A model generated the notes under the pieces. The model did no database searches. It was not told the origin of the DNA and saw only the letters and a program-made list of their open reading frames with translations. From NCBI GenBank assembly GCA_964057225.1, contig OZ059897.1, forward strand, positions 13,268,001-13,332,000: DNA of 64,000 nucleotides, given 5' to 3'. This document shows, in pieces, positions 1 through 13,640 of this stretch. This stretch comes from Auanema rhodensis. Taxonomy: Eukaryota; Animalia; Nematoda. The first letter of the stretch is position 1. Every line of letters starts with the position of its first letter. The position numbers were made by a program, and so were the translations under genes.

Positions 1-1028
1 TACAAGTTTTTCTTTTAAAATTGTCGATAACATCAACACTATCATTGTAATTTTTTTAATAAAATATCTCATATATGCTAACTATATTGTACTTACATAA
101 CATTCTAAAAGGAAATTCAACATATTTGACATGAGATCAAACATTAAAACAACCAAATCTAATAGAAACTCGAAACCATGCACAAGGTGATACACATGGA
201 GTATCAGAGGCTTGCACAGTAAGCAAGTATGAGCGTTTCGATCTTAAATTCGTCATAATAGTTTTTTTTCGAAAATATACAACATATTAAAATATAATTT
301 TAATATTTTAGATATATTTCCAAGATTATAATAATATATTTAATATAATAGTTCTATTATATACATCATATGATGTATGTTTTATATTATTGTATATATT
401 TTATTTTTATATAGTAATATACATATAAAGATAATTATTTAGTACTAATAATCTTGATCTGATTACAGTTAGTTCAATGATCGGTAAAATTATAATCATT
501 GGTTTTACTTTAAAAAATAAATAATAATATTATCAATTGATTTGACATTGAGAGTAATGAATGATACAACCGTATTGCGTCAATGAACAGTCAAAATTGA
601 TTAACATACAATAATTCTCGCGTCACATTTCACGTAATATGCTAATTTCTGAATATATACATACACATTATGGAATTTATGTTTTTATTTCTTCATGTAA
701 CTATATTTTTTTATATTTAATTTTTTTCTTATCATATACTTCTAATACGTTTTTTATAATTTTGCTCCTCCCCTTCCCCCAGGACATGCAGATGGACAAC
801 AACCCTAACCGGGAATAAGAGAAAAATGGGAGGGTATTGGAGTGATGCGAGAGGGCTGGCTGTGAGAATGGAAACTAGAGAAAGAGAAAGAGAGAGAGAG
901 AGAGGCGACTCCGCCTTCAAAATAGCCGGAAGGGCAATAGATAGGCCGGTCTGTGCTTCATAGCTGCAGCGTCTTATCGCTGATTCTTCTGACGGTGTGT
1001 ATTGCCATTCGTATGTCATGAGTCCTAG

Positions 1029-4000
1029 ATGACTACTTCTAACTGTTTGATTTCATCTACTGCTTTACTATTACTCTTTTATTTATTTATAAATATCAAA
1101 AGTGGTGAGAATTTCATTTATTTTTTGATTTTAAACCATTTTATTTGTCTTTGTTTGACTATGCTTGAAAAAATGAAACTCATTCAGACTAAAAATGAAG
1201 AAAATGGAGAAAATAATTTTGAATATTTCATTTAATTTCAATTTTACATACTTTGAATAAACTTCATATATGTAGCGAAATTCTGGATTTTTTTCTATTT
1301 GAGAAAAGAAATGAAAATGGTCATTTGGCTAACGTCTTAATGGAATATATTCAGTTTCCCAGGTCTATATTTCTTTTATTGTCAGACCAGAAAAACGACG
1401 AAATTCCGATAAAAAATTTGTTTTTTTTTTCTATTTCTTCCTTAGTACCGTTTTCTTCAGTCCATCATGAATTTTTCACAAGGACACATTGAGAAAAATA
1501 AATAAAAATTACTTTTTTTCTTGGACAACTATATGAATTTCTTGAGCTTTATTTCAAATATATCCAGTCTGACATCATCTTATTCATACCATTTCTATGT
1601 ATTTCTTCTAGATGTATAAATACTTTTTCTTTTAATCGTATCCATATCGGATCGTTGGCCGGAAAAAACCGGTTTGCCCAGGAATTTTGGGTCCCAATTC
1701 TAATTATTTCTTTCTATTTTGACGCCCAATTAAGATAACTAAACGATGACACGCTCTTTGAACACTTTGCAATTATGTTTTCTCTTTGTTAGCATTTTTT
1801 TGAACAAAAATAAGAAAAAGATGGAAGAAGCCGTTTTCTCTTTGTTTTATAAAGAGTTTGGCTAACACATACAGAAAAATATAAAAGAAGAAAGCTAAAC
1901 AATGAACTTTTTTTTCGAAATTTTCGTCTTTTTAAATTACATCAAAGAGTTATAAAAATAATAATAATGAAAGAAATAAAAGCGAATTTAATCATTGACA
2001 AGCAGGTTCAAATAAGTTTTTTTTCTCAAAAACTAAAAAATTTATATAATTATATTCATTTATTTATTCAAAAACTGATGAGCTTCATCTTTGCAAAGAT
2101 ATCGTATGTAAGGTTTGTATAGAAGGTAAAAAGGTTCTTCATTTCGTATATCTAAACATAGAATGTTAAATTATTCATCAGCATACAAACATTTCTAACG
2201 TAAAAAGATGTCTATCTTACATCATTTAGTTTGAATTATGGCTTATTCTAATTCATTTTTACATCTTCTTCATCTTCAATTTCAGACTAAAATATATATA
2301 TAGATAGATAGATGGATACATATGTATATACATATAGTATACAACATAGTTTGGTTATAATATATAATTTATAAGTTGAAATTATATTTCCTTGGCTTAT
2401 CTGCACACTGTTTACAACCTCAACATTATCATTTCTCAAATAAACGGCAACGTTTCCAAAGATTTCTTATCGTTTTGTTGATTTATTTAATTTTTTTACC
2501 ATCATCATTGAATTCAATGATGTATGAACGCTATGAACTCTAATTATTCTTAATAATTATTTTGATTTCATTTAGATTTTCTTCATAATAACACAAATAT
2601 ATGCAAACTATATCTATATATTACTTAGATTATTTATTTATTTATTATAATAATTTATAATTCAAAAACTTTTTTGCTCATTTTTCTCTCTAAATCCGTA
2701 CTTAGTTCATCAGGAATGCAAGCAATCTAAAATCGCCGGATCTCAGCTTTTTCCTTCCAGCATTTTCGTAACATTACTCATGAAAATACATAAAGAATAT
2801 ATAAAATTTATTCATTTTCTTAAAGTTTTTGATTATCATTCTTTTGTTTTCTACAATCACTTTTTTTATTTAATTATCAATGTAAATTCTGGATTTTTCA
2901 AAGAAAAGAATGATCTGTTAAAATAATTTTTGTGAAATGAAAATCTTAAATCACGCTCTCACTATTTCTCTTTATTGCCCTATAAATTCACTTGAATATG
3001 GACTTTAATCAATGGTTTTTGGAAACAGTAAAAGCAAAAAAGAATGTCTTCACATTGCTCAATATCAAAAGTATTATGTATTCTTTCAAAACTTCAAGAT
3101 GACAAAACCTTAAAAATGACCATTGAGGAACGTTTAAGGAATAACTGGATCCGTCAAGGCTCATAGCTTCTTCTCATTAAACAGAGAAACTTTTCATAAA
3201 ATAGTCTGGAAAGGCAATTTAGCTTCTGGTAACAGCCTATAATTTTCGTCAGCTATTAGTCCTTTGAGGTCTACGTTTAGCTCAACATGTGTGCGATTAT
3301 CTGTCTTCTTTTCCTTCTTCTTCTCCTCCCTCTTTCTGTTATTCCTTTCTATCTCTCGATGTCATGATGAGATGTTTCATATATAGAATGATTCAATGTA
3401 CATCGTTTGAATACAAATAATTCGATCAGATTAATGACAATTATGACGATGAACTCCCTACTGAACTTCATGATTGTCATCTCAAGTTGATGAGCTATCT
3501 AATGCCTGAACACAATTTAAAAATCTGAAATTACTTGTCCGGAAAGATGTCAACCTTAACGAGTTCGAATGCAGCCATGTCCGCAAACTAAGTTCTTTGT
3601 GTGAGAATGGATTTAATTTTGAAAACGACCACAAATTTTCCGGAAAGACGAGAATTTTCAAGACAAAGCTGACGTGCGCGAAGAATTTCTCTCTGTCGTT
3701 CAGTTATACCAATGTTTCTTAAAAGGAAAGAAATGGAAAAAATAAGATTTGTGACGAATTCACTACGGGACCATCTATCTCAAGCAATTGACATCTAGAT
3801 ACAGCACTATAACACATCTCGAATGAATTGATGAAAACTTTTTTGTCGTTTTCTTCTGAGATGTCATCCGATCTCACAGTTGTATCAGTAGGGTCCTTGT
3901 AACTATGAAAAGAACGATGAGTTTTGAGTGAAAATATTTCTCCTTCTTGATTATTATATTTCAAAGCTTCCGAAAGATTAATACTTCAATAATCTAGAAG

Positions 4001-7000
4001 ATAGAAAGAGAAATGATTCCAATCTAACTTCTATTATCTTGCCAGTAGTTTTGAACAAAGATGGCTGCAGGATGAGTGCCAAATCTCGGTGGATGGAAGC
4101 TTTTGAGTGACAATCAATGGCAACCCAATTACGGCCCATGACTTAAGATTGAACCATACATAGAAGCTCTTTAAAGAGAAAAAAGTTTCTTTAACAAGAA
4201 AGATTTTGATTTTTATAAGAAAAGATGTCACTTTATCACATATCCATCATGTAAATCTTGATATTGACGTGTATGAATGAGCAATGATATAAAGAAAATA
4301 TAGAATACATTTCTTAGTTGCAGTTCATTTCATTGAAAGAATCTTTTTTTTTATTCTATCTTTTATAGAAATTTTATTTTTTTTATGCAAAATATATAGC
4401 TCAATAGCCAATAAAATATATATTTATATTTTCATATAGTATATAGTTTACATGTTTTTCATATTCCAATCTACTTCTTTCGAATTTGATGGCATCTAGA
4501 TGAATAAGATGAAATTGAAATAGTGAAGGGCAATATTTAGAAGATAACCTCCTCATCGACTACACGTCAAATCTGAATATAAATTCCTCAGGGCATTGTT
4601 TGTCGTTGGTAGGGCCTTAGTTGGACTTGAGTTGATATTTATGTGTTTGAAAAAGGGAAAGATTAAATGATTTCCAGTTGATAAAATACTAAACAAAACC
4701 AAAAAAGGTCATTTTTAATTTTTATTTTTCAGTTTCAACATGTAAGTTTCCATGGGTTCACACATGGCTTGAAAATGAAAGAGTTGTAAATGTCACTCTT
4801 CATCACTTTGGAATTCATGGACAATGTCGTGAGAGGAATAATGATGAATACCTGCTCACAAGTCCAACGTAAGATACCAAAAATATTTATTTGTTTTTAT
4901 TTTTTTGAAAAAAAAAATTAAATTTCTGTTTTTAGAAGTAGAGGAAATTGTTTTCGATGTCTAATAGCTTTTCCTGTTCACCATAATGTTTTACAATATA
5001 AAATTAGTAAGTATTTTATAATTAAATTAACAATTAAAATTTAAAAAAAACTAGAAAAATCAATTTCTCATATAATTAAATAAAAAATATATTTTTCAAA
5101 TATTTGTCATCCACCTTTTCATTATCTGTTATTTAGTTCCAATAAATCATGACCACAAGGTCGAATTCTCTATAAAAACGATTAGAATTGGTTTAAAAAA
5201 GTGTCTATTGAATTGAATAAGCATTGGGTCAACAGAAGAAAATAAATTAAAAATTTTCTTTTTGAGAATGAGAGACCTTGTTGATGATGGCGATGTCGGT
5301 GTGGTAGGGTAAAGTAGGGTAGAATGTCTAAGGGGGTCCTTATACTAGTCGTTCATATTCATCAGAGTAATCAGATATCTTCATAAGTGTTCGGATACTA
5401 ATTTCAAATTGTACTTATCTTCGAGTTAGTTAATGGAAATCCCATTAAACTTTTCCATTAATCTTCCATCTATCACAAGTTCATGAAAAACTTTTGTTTC
5501 TAAACATGAGAAAGCCTTCCAAGGGTATTGAAAATTTCTGGATGTTTGTTGCTGTAGTGCTGATGACTCAAACATGCTCAGAAGAATCTAAGCGACAGAT
5601 TGATCATCCAAATAGATTCAGGCCATTGGCGGTTTTTCCAATTTTATTAGAATCAAAAGTATGTTATATACTATAATAGATTTTATTCCGTATGGGACCA
5701 TAAATAGTAAATATGGCCATTGCTCTTTATATTCTATCTATATCATATGCTTTGCTGTTGATATTTCTCTAGATGTATTAATAGAGAAAATTAAAAGAAG
5801 TGCCGACAGTCTCCCTTGGGTTTGACCTCAAAAGGCAAAACATAATGTTATGAGGGCTATTATACATAAATATCATTCAGCTTTTCCCATTTTTAAAAAG
5901 AAAATCATTCGTTTCCGGGATTTTATTTAAATAATATTCAATTTTTCTTTTCTTTTTCAGCTCGATGCATATTTGACGATAAAATGACTGTGAATAAATG
6001 TCGTGATCATTTTAATGGTGATTATCCATTACATACAATGTTTAGAAGTAAGTTAAAATTATTAATTTAAATTTATATTTTAATAAAATTAATATTTTTT
6101 GTATTTAAATATAATATTTATAATAATTAATAAATAATTCTCATCAAATCACGTCACGCAGATTCACGTGAATATTTCAAATTTTCATTTTTAAGTATTT
6201 TTCTAGTAATGAACGGTTGATTCACATTTGAGAATATTATTGATTCAAAAATTTATTATTAGATTATATATTGTTTATTATAATTATAGATTAATATTTG
6301 TAAATTATAGAAATTGTTATAGTTCTTAATATATTTAGAATATTTATTAAATTGATAGAAAAATCAACTTATAACATAATGATATATACTAATATACATA
6401 AAGTATTCTTTAAAAATAATTATGGTAATTTAAATCACTTTGATTCATGTTATACTAAGAAATGGAATAATATTTTATAAGAATAATATTATAATCTTAA
6501 TCCTTTTGAAACATTATATACATATGTATGTACATGTATCATATAGAATAGATCAAAAGATAGAAATATTATAAAACAGATTGTATTTGAACATTTCAAT
6601 CACTTAATAAAAGAAAAAAAATTATTTTTATTCATTTTCAGAAGATGCCACTACTGTTTCTTGTCCATTACAACTGCCACTCTCGTTTACATACTTGGAT
6701 AGTAAAGGTGTTTGTAGCAGTAGAACTTCAACTATAACAAGGTTCCTAGGAGAAATATATTTAACTTAATGTTTTTTCAATTTCAGATGCTCTAAATGGA
6801 ACCAACTTTCTTTGAATTTCCAAGCTTGTCCTGAAAATCCTAAGCGCGAATCAAGTGGTAAGTACAAAGCATTCTTTGGCTAAATTTTGAAATTAATGAT
6901 GTAATCGCTCAATTCGGACTTAAATCTCTATTAATCCACTCGAGTCTATTAGGTTTTGATTGAGCTTAATCTCTTATTGCCTCTTAATTCGATCTCATCT

Positions 7001-7357
7001 CCAACAACATGATGTGTTTCATTCTTTTGTCGGTCAGTTATTGCAAAGATTTTGATATTCTGGAGTGAATACACCGATTGAACATCATGTAATGTGTCAT
7101 ATGCTTGTCTCATTCCAAATGGCAAAGAGTATATACAGCACTCATAGAAGCATGCGGTCAGTCAGAAGTAGATCAGATTATTGTGACAGATAGATGAAAT
7201 GACTACCGGAATTAGACAGATGGACAGATGATGAGCAGAAGTAGTAGAATAAGATCGAGGGAAAATACATATGTGAGAATCTGAAAGAGGTTAAGAAAGA
7301 ATGGAAAATGAGTTATGAAAAGACTAAGAGAGAAGAAGTTCATAGAGGAATGAGAAC

Positions 7358-7401
<44 letters not shown>

Positions 7402-9390
7402 ATATAGATACGCATATACGTAAACATGTATATACTTTACGGGACCTACATAGTAAAGAATAGAGAAACTATAGGCGCGGGATGAGAGCGATTTCTTCAT
7501 CTAATTATCAGAACATGCTCTCACTTCATCCTTTGAAAGGATAGCTGTAGTCGAAAAGAACTTTCAATTTGTACACATTCATCAGGGATTTGTAGTCAAG
7601 TTTCGGGTCATTCTTTAAAGAATTTTTAATATAAAAGCGAAAACCGTTCAAATAAACTCTTTGTGATGTTCATAAATCTCCTCCAGAAGCTTATTGAATG
7701 TTTGAAGCATATAAGATCTTTTCAATATAAGTGCTCATCATGTATTGAGATATGAGACATAGTAGTTGTAATGAACTTCCTTTGTCATGATCATCATCAT
7801 CATTTGAAAGTTTAGGGTTAGAAATAGAATTCTTTTTTTTTCATTTATTTCATGAGGAAGTTCATATTCAATAACTTCATTTTAGTATCAGAATTGGAAT
7901 GTATCGGAACATGGCAATCGTTTGGACAACATTTTTTTGCTGCAAGACTGGGAACTTTACGAGGAGAAGAACACAGATGTTTTGTAAGAATCTAATCTTA
8001 ATCCGTTTACCAAATAAATTATTTCAATTCAGATTCATGAAAAATCAAGTTCAACATCTGGCCGTTTGGGTATTTCAGCTGATGCCGGATGTCAAGAATT
8101 AACTCATATTGGTGATGCTACTATGACTTTAAATTTCAAACAAGGTTCTTCAATACAATATTGAAGTTGAGCTGATTTGCACAATTTAGAAGCTGAAACT
8201 GAAAGTTTTTGCGAATTTCCTGGTTATATGTGGAAGCATGATCATCGAAAATGGAAAAATGATTGGAATAGTATGGCTAAAAACAAGGATCATCATGTAC
8301 ATCGAGGTTTCAAAGAATGAATAGAGGAATTTTACCCTTTTTCGGTTATTTTAAGGTAGTTGGTATTCTCATTATCATAATAGAAATGATACAATTTGGA
8401 CATGTTTGAATAGGAAAGATCGACATTCAGAACATTATTTTAGAACTTATGTTCAAAAAGGATGTTTAACAGGATATCAATGTGTTCGAGTAAATATAAA
8501 TATAAATTATATATTTTATATAACTATATACTTATAGGTTAAAAAAATTAAAAAACATATAGTTGAAGTTAGTTATGGTCCTATTAGTCAAGAAGAGTTT
8601 TTGGATGATTGTACTGATATGGCAATTGCTCAAAGAGATACATTAGTTATGCCAGGCCATAAAGTATTGAAAATTTATTATAATTTTATATTTAATTTTT
8701 GAATTTTAGGAAGCTTGCTCTCCTAAAACTCGATTGTTCACTCCTTCTTGTGCAGATGTTCCTGCTATTTCCATAGGTTGTCAACCTGGCACTCTTCAAA
8801 TTTTACGTTCATGTAGTACTCTACGAGCAGGTAATTCAATAAGGTTTTCTCACATAATTTGATAAATAACTTAACTTCAGAGAATTTTGAATGTATTGGG
8901 CATTTTGAAGAAAATTTCCAACGTTTAATGATAATACGAAGTGAAGAAACCGGTCAACTAATGTGTATGGTGTGTTTTTAATTTAAAACAAATTATTTTA
9001 AATTTATATAATAATAAATAATTTTCTGTTTCATTAATGCAGTAATTTTTCTTGAATTCAGGCTCACATGACTCATCCTATCAATCTGGTTAGAGTTTTT
9101 GATTTTCGAGCATGCCATCCTGATGCGATAGAAGGAGAACCTCCAAATGTTTTTATGAATATATCAAAAACAGGTTAGTTTGTTAAATTATTTATTTTCA
9201 AGAAGAAAAAAAGCTTTATCTTTGCAAAAACAAAATTTGAATTTCTTCAGAACACTGCGAAGGATCATTGTTGGCTGGATTTTTATCATCATCGTCATCA
9301 ACTTCATCATTAACATCTACCTCGTTTAATATTTTATTTTTAACTACACTAATATTTTTTATTTTATTACAAGGTGTTTTTCTTCAATGA
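1029..9390 (+). CDS. Secreted/GPI- or membrane-anchored Cys-rich repeat protein of unknown function (resembles the invertebrate DUF7042-DUF7044 / LP06548p-type family), 15 exons
   Basis: Phase-compatible exons 1029-1104, 4733-4868, 4936-5006, 5961-6047, 6642-6741, 6787-6857, 7886-7983, 8033-8144, 8190-8306, 8356-8489, 8538-8663, 8710-8830, 8881-8969, 9062-9173, 9251-9390 give one open frame. It starts with a signal peptide (MTTSNCLISSTALLLLFYLFINIKS), contains CFRCLIAFPVHHNVLQYK, CPLQLPLSFTY, LNFQACP and LECIGTW, and ends in a Ser-rich linker plus hydrophobic tail (FNILFLTTLIFFILLQGVFLQ*). AATAAA at ~9542. Family name is from recall; exon 1 is the least certain. Confidence 0.85.
7361..7397. 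repeat. (AG)n microsatellite
   Basis: About 18 perfect AG units in an intron of the first gene. Confidence 0.95.
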
Positions 9391-10158
9391 TCTCTACTTT
9401 TTTTTCTTCTGTTAACTTCACGGGTTATTGCTCATCTAAATTGCTCGGTTAAGTGATATTTCCTTGTGTGATTATTTATCATTAAACCTAATATTATACT
9501 AGTCTTAAAGATATTGTATGTTATAGCTAATATAAACTAGAAATAAATTTTATTTTAAAATAAGTTTGAAATCATTTTAAAATCTTTCATAAGGCACTAA
9601 AAGTTTCACAAGAATAATCAACGGAAAGTGAATGAAAATTATCCAAAAAAAAAAATGAAAAGACAATTAAGAAAATGGTACACAAATACCAAATAATGGT
9701 ATTATCATTGAGCAAGAATTCAGGTGTATATAAATGAAAGAAAATAATAATATTACAATTCAAAATGATTTTTTCTAATTCAGGATACCCTTAGTTTACA
9801 TTTTTGTTTGTTTGATCAATTATATTATAAAAATACAAATAGTCTTATAATATCAATAAGTACAAAGAAGAATTAAATTATAAGATAATATGATATATAC
9901 ACAAAAGGCAAGTGTTGATACATAGCTGATTCTTTGAAAGTTTCAGTTTTTCTTAAAAATATTTGAAGACGAATTTCAATTAAGTGTTAAATGAACTTTG
10001 GAAAACAATCTTGATTTTCTTTAAAATATTGTTTAATCAATATCCAATTGATATTCATTAAACGGAGATAAGATATGATATTATGGAGCTGTATCGACGT
10101 CACAATTTTCTATGCCACTTGATCAACAACCACTGGATGTTGCAGAGTATCAATCACA

Positions 10159-13100
10159 TCAGCTTGATGTTGCTTCTGTGGCTAGTACGGTGACTGCGGG
10201 TGTGATTACAGCTACACCACCAGTGGCTGCTGATGCAGATGACGAGATCACAGATGGCGACGATGACATGGAGACGGTTGAGGAGGAGGAAGACGATGAT
10301 GCTGAGCATGAGGTAGCTGGAAGCTCATTACTTGCCCCGACCTCGGCCACGACCACGGCCTCGTCCTCTCCCGCAATGTTTGCCACTATGCGCGACAGAC
10401 GGTCCAGCGATGTCCGTTTTCGACCCTCGACTGAAAGATTGCTTTGTAAATAAGGAAGTTCAGGTTAAATGAAGAGTAATTTCAAAATTTTCAATTTAGA
10501 GATCACGGCTAATGGGTTAGAATTGATTCTGATGAACACAAGAGGGTAAAGGTTGATGACGACATTATGCTTTCAGGCAAACTACAACTCAGCTTACAAA
10601 AAAATAGAAATGAAGATTCAATCACAAGGAGATAAGGATGAATCTTATCGACAGATTTTTATCATCGCCATCGTATATCAAATTGCCGAGAGATACATTT
10701 TTGGCTCAATCTTATGTGGAAGTTGTTGTATTGCCTGAGGGCATTCAGCGTCTGGAGTCATGAGGTGACTATCTACTGACTTGCTGTCCTCACCGCTGGC
10801 CAACGGACTATCCGGCTCATCATCTGAGGTTAGGTCATCCTCCTGGTAGCTCACACTGTTATCAAACGTTGTTGGGAAAGTTGCAGCAGGAGTTGTTGTC
10901 TGAAACTGTAGGTGATAAAAAATAGTCAGTTTAGATTTAGAAGCAGCATGAGCTTCTTTCGCAACTTGTTTTATGAAAAGTGGAAAATATTTACCATATA
11001 TTCATTGTTTCCTGTAGCATGAATAGCCATGGCTTGATTTTGAGCCATAATCTTTGTCATTTTTCCCTGAGCTCCCAGCATATCTTCCAATTTATTAATA
11101 TATTCAATAGCTGATCGTAAGATTTCAACCTAAAAACATAACAGCTTACTTTATACTGTATTACTTTTTTCTCACCTTTGGTAGCCTTTGATTTGGGTTT
11201 GGACAAGTTCTTTGTTTTACTACTTCAAATGCTTCATTAACTTTCCTCAAGCGTCTTCGTTCACGCATTGTAGCAGCCTTCCGACGATCAACTAAAAAAT
11301 ATTGTTAGAAAGCATTATTGAACAAACGAATGATACGTTTAGATCTGCGGGGTGGATTTCCAGGATCATTCACATCCATAGCTCCATCATCAGAAGTAAG
11401 AGTAGTAGATCCAAGATGAATTTCTAAAGAAGATAAGGAATGATAAAACAATTTTCAACTTTATAATTCTAACCATCTTTTTCTTGTTTGATTGCTATAT
11501 CTTTAACATCAGTGCCCACAGGAGTAAATTCGATATTTCTTTGAGTTCCAAAAGTTGTGAGTTCAGGATAAAATCCTGACGAGGATGTAGCCTGGCCAGC
11601 ATAAGATGGATAATAGTTGTATCTGAAATATGAAATTTTTTGTATAAAGTTCATTTCAATTAAAATTCTATAATTGTTCCAGAAAATACATGTAACTATC
11701 ATATTGATTAATAAAATGTTTTAAATTTAAAATACAATGAAGATTTATGTTAAAACGATTTCCCTTAATACAAAAAAAATTTTTTGTATATAATTTCTTT
11801 CCTTTTCATCTTTATCCTCGCCGTGATTCGTCGTTGACTTTACACCAAAGCTATGTATCCATCCATTCTTAACTTCAGAAGTAGACTAGATGAAGAGTCA
11901 GCTGTCGTTCATCAATCAACCATTTCGAGTTCTTTCTCCCTCTCTTTCTCTCTCTCTCTTTCATCACTTCATTTCTTCTTCACTCTTTCCAAATCACTCT
12001 GTTTTCTTTTCTCTGTTAATCCCTAGTATACTCTCTTTCTGGAGAAATCGCCCACCTTCACGGACTAGAAGAAAACGAACTGATCTTCTAATGAGGTTTG
12101 ATACCGTAACCCTTGAAAGGTGAAGATCAGTTACAGTGAAAAGATTAACTATCAATTTCATTCAGAAAAAGGTTTTGAATGCAAATATTGAACATAATAC
12201 TATTAGTCCTTTAAAACACAGTTCTCAGATTATGATGAATCTGTTTACAATATTTTAAAAATCAATTCTCATGTGTTTTATAATATCTGAAGAAGTAGTA
12301 CGAATAGTAGTTTTCAATTCTCTAAAGAATCATCTAAGATCTTTAAATTGAATAAAAGTATTTTGAGGATAATTTTATATTTTACAGTATCATACGATTC
12401 AGTAATAATAAAATCATATTAATTCACTAAAAAAAAGACTTTGAAGAGCCAACTAGCAGAATAAAGCAGAATTTGGAAGATAACGACTTGACCACTGCAT
12501 ACCGCAGAGCGTTAATAATAAAAATCTTTGTGAAGGTGAAGGACATTTGGTGATCCAAGTAGCACATGTAGCGCAACTGGCGTGCCTACCCCAATCAGGT
12601 GGTCTTCTATGTACTAGAAAGAAGCTCGAACAGACACCACCCTCAAGCCAGTTGCCTCTACGAGAGTACTCGTTGGCAGTTCACCTCTTCAGTTGCTACA
12701 TTGGTTCAACCTTATATTCCTTAACGTCGTCTAGAATGCCAGTATAGCTAGTCATCGCCATCTCCATTCCGCCATCTATCTAATTTCTCTCTGTTGTGGA
12801 GGATTTGTAAACTACGAAATGCACTTTTCTTTCGGATGTATTTCTAGTAATTCTTTCAAATTTTAAAGTCAGAAACTATCTTTTTAATTGTTCTGTTTCA
12901 AAAATATCATTTCTACTTCCTGTTCCCAAAAAATTATTTGAAATGGAATATGTCTTTGATTCCTTTTTCTTCAAACTTTTCGAAATTGACAAATTTGTTT
13001 CGGAGTAATGATTTATATCAAAACCTGTCAACATTGTTCTCAACTCACAAGATCGTTTGATGATATAACTTTCCATATTCTCAAACTTTTATAGACAATA

Positions 13101-13640
13101 TCTCATTTAAGAATAGTCTTAAAGTTTTGTTTTTTTGTGATTTTTACACAAAATTATAATACAAATAGTATAGATAAGAGAGATATATATTGGATATTAA
13201 AAGGTACTTAGCCGAATAGAGGTCACAAGGCCTAATTTTTCAAATATATTTGATATTTATATTATAAATGTTTTAAAATATTTATATTATAAACTCAAGA
13301 ATAAAACGTTTTGATATGGAATTATATTCAAAATTGCTTGTGAGAGCAAATGCATATGAAAAGTAAATGATACTGTTGATTTAAATGAGAACTCTAAGCT
13401 TTCAAAACAAGAAAATCAGTTGGCTCACCTGTATATATCATAGTTAACTGCAGCATAGTCAGTCGGCTGAGCAGCCGCAAACGGAGCCAAAGTAGTGATA
13501 TCATTAGATGTTGAAGATGGTAAACCATTGCCAGCAGCGGCTGCTGCTACGGCGGTGGCTGCTGCCGTAGTTCCGGCTACAACTCGACTTGTAGCGGAAT
13601 AATAGATAGTTGGATCATAACAGGAAGGATCGCCATTCAT
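10159..13640 (-). CDS. hlh-1: MyoD-family myogenic bHLH transcription factor HLH-1, 7 exons
   Basis: Exons 13640-13429, 11622-11474, 11422-11337, 11291-11176, 11129-10995, 10899-10794, 10430-10159. The bHLH is [50 protein letters not shown]-terminal NDITTL...YDIYR and C-terminal helix [13 protein letters not shown] match C. elegans HLH-1. Confidence 0.97.
12544..12695. promoter_or_regulatory. E-box cluster in hlh-1 intron 1 (candidate enhancer)
   Basis: Six CANNTG in 152 bp (12544, 12563, 12574, 12596, 12649, 12690) inside a GC-richer island. Confidence 0.5.

Noticed and set aside
95-256. Minus-strand segment reading NLRSKRSYLLTVQASD..., faintly like a serpentine receptor, with a GTAAGT donor near 97
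   Set aside because: That frame hits a stop, the open frame is unrecognisable, and the context runs off the window edge.
732-1019. 95-aa minus-strand ORF with SLSLSL
   Set aside because: Translation of a GA-repeat promoter-like region; the same applies to ORFs at 7212, 11890, 29786 and 30723.
2981-3166. TATAAA followed by a 40-codon ORF (3044-3166) nested in intron 1 of the first gene
   Set aside because: No recognisable motif; length is within chance expectation.
10112-10453. 113-aa acidic plus-strand ORF
   Set aside because: Antisense shadow of the Ser-rich last exon of hlh-1.
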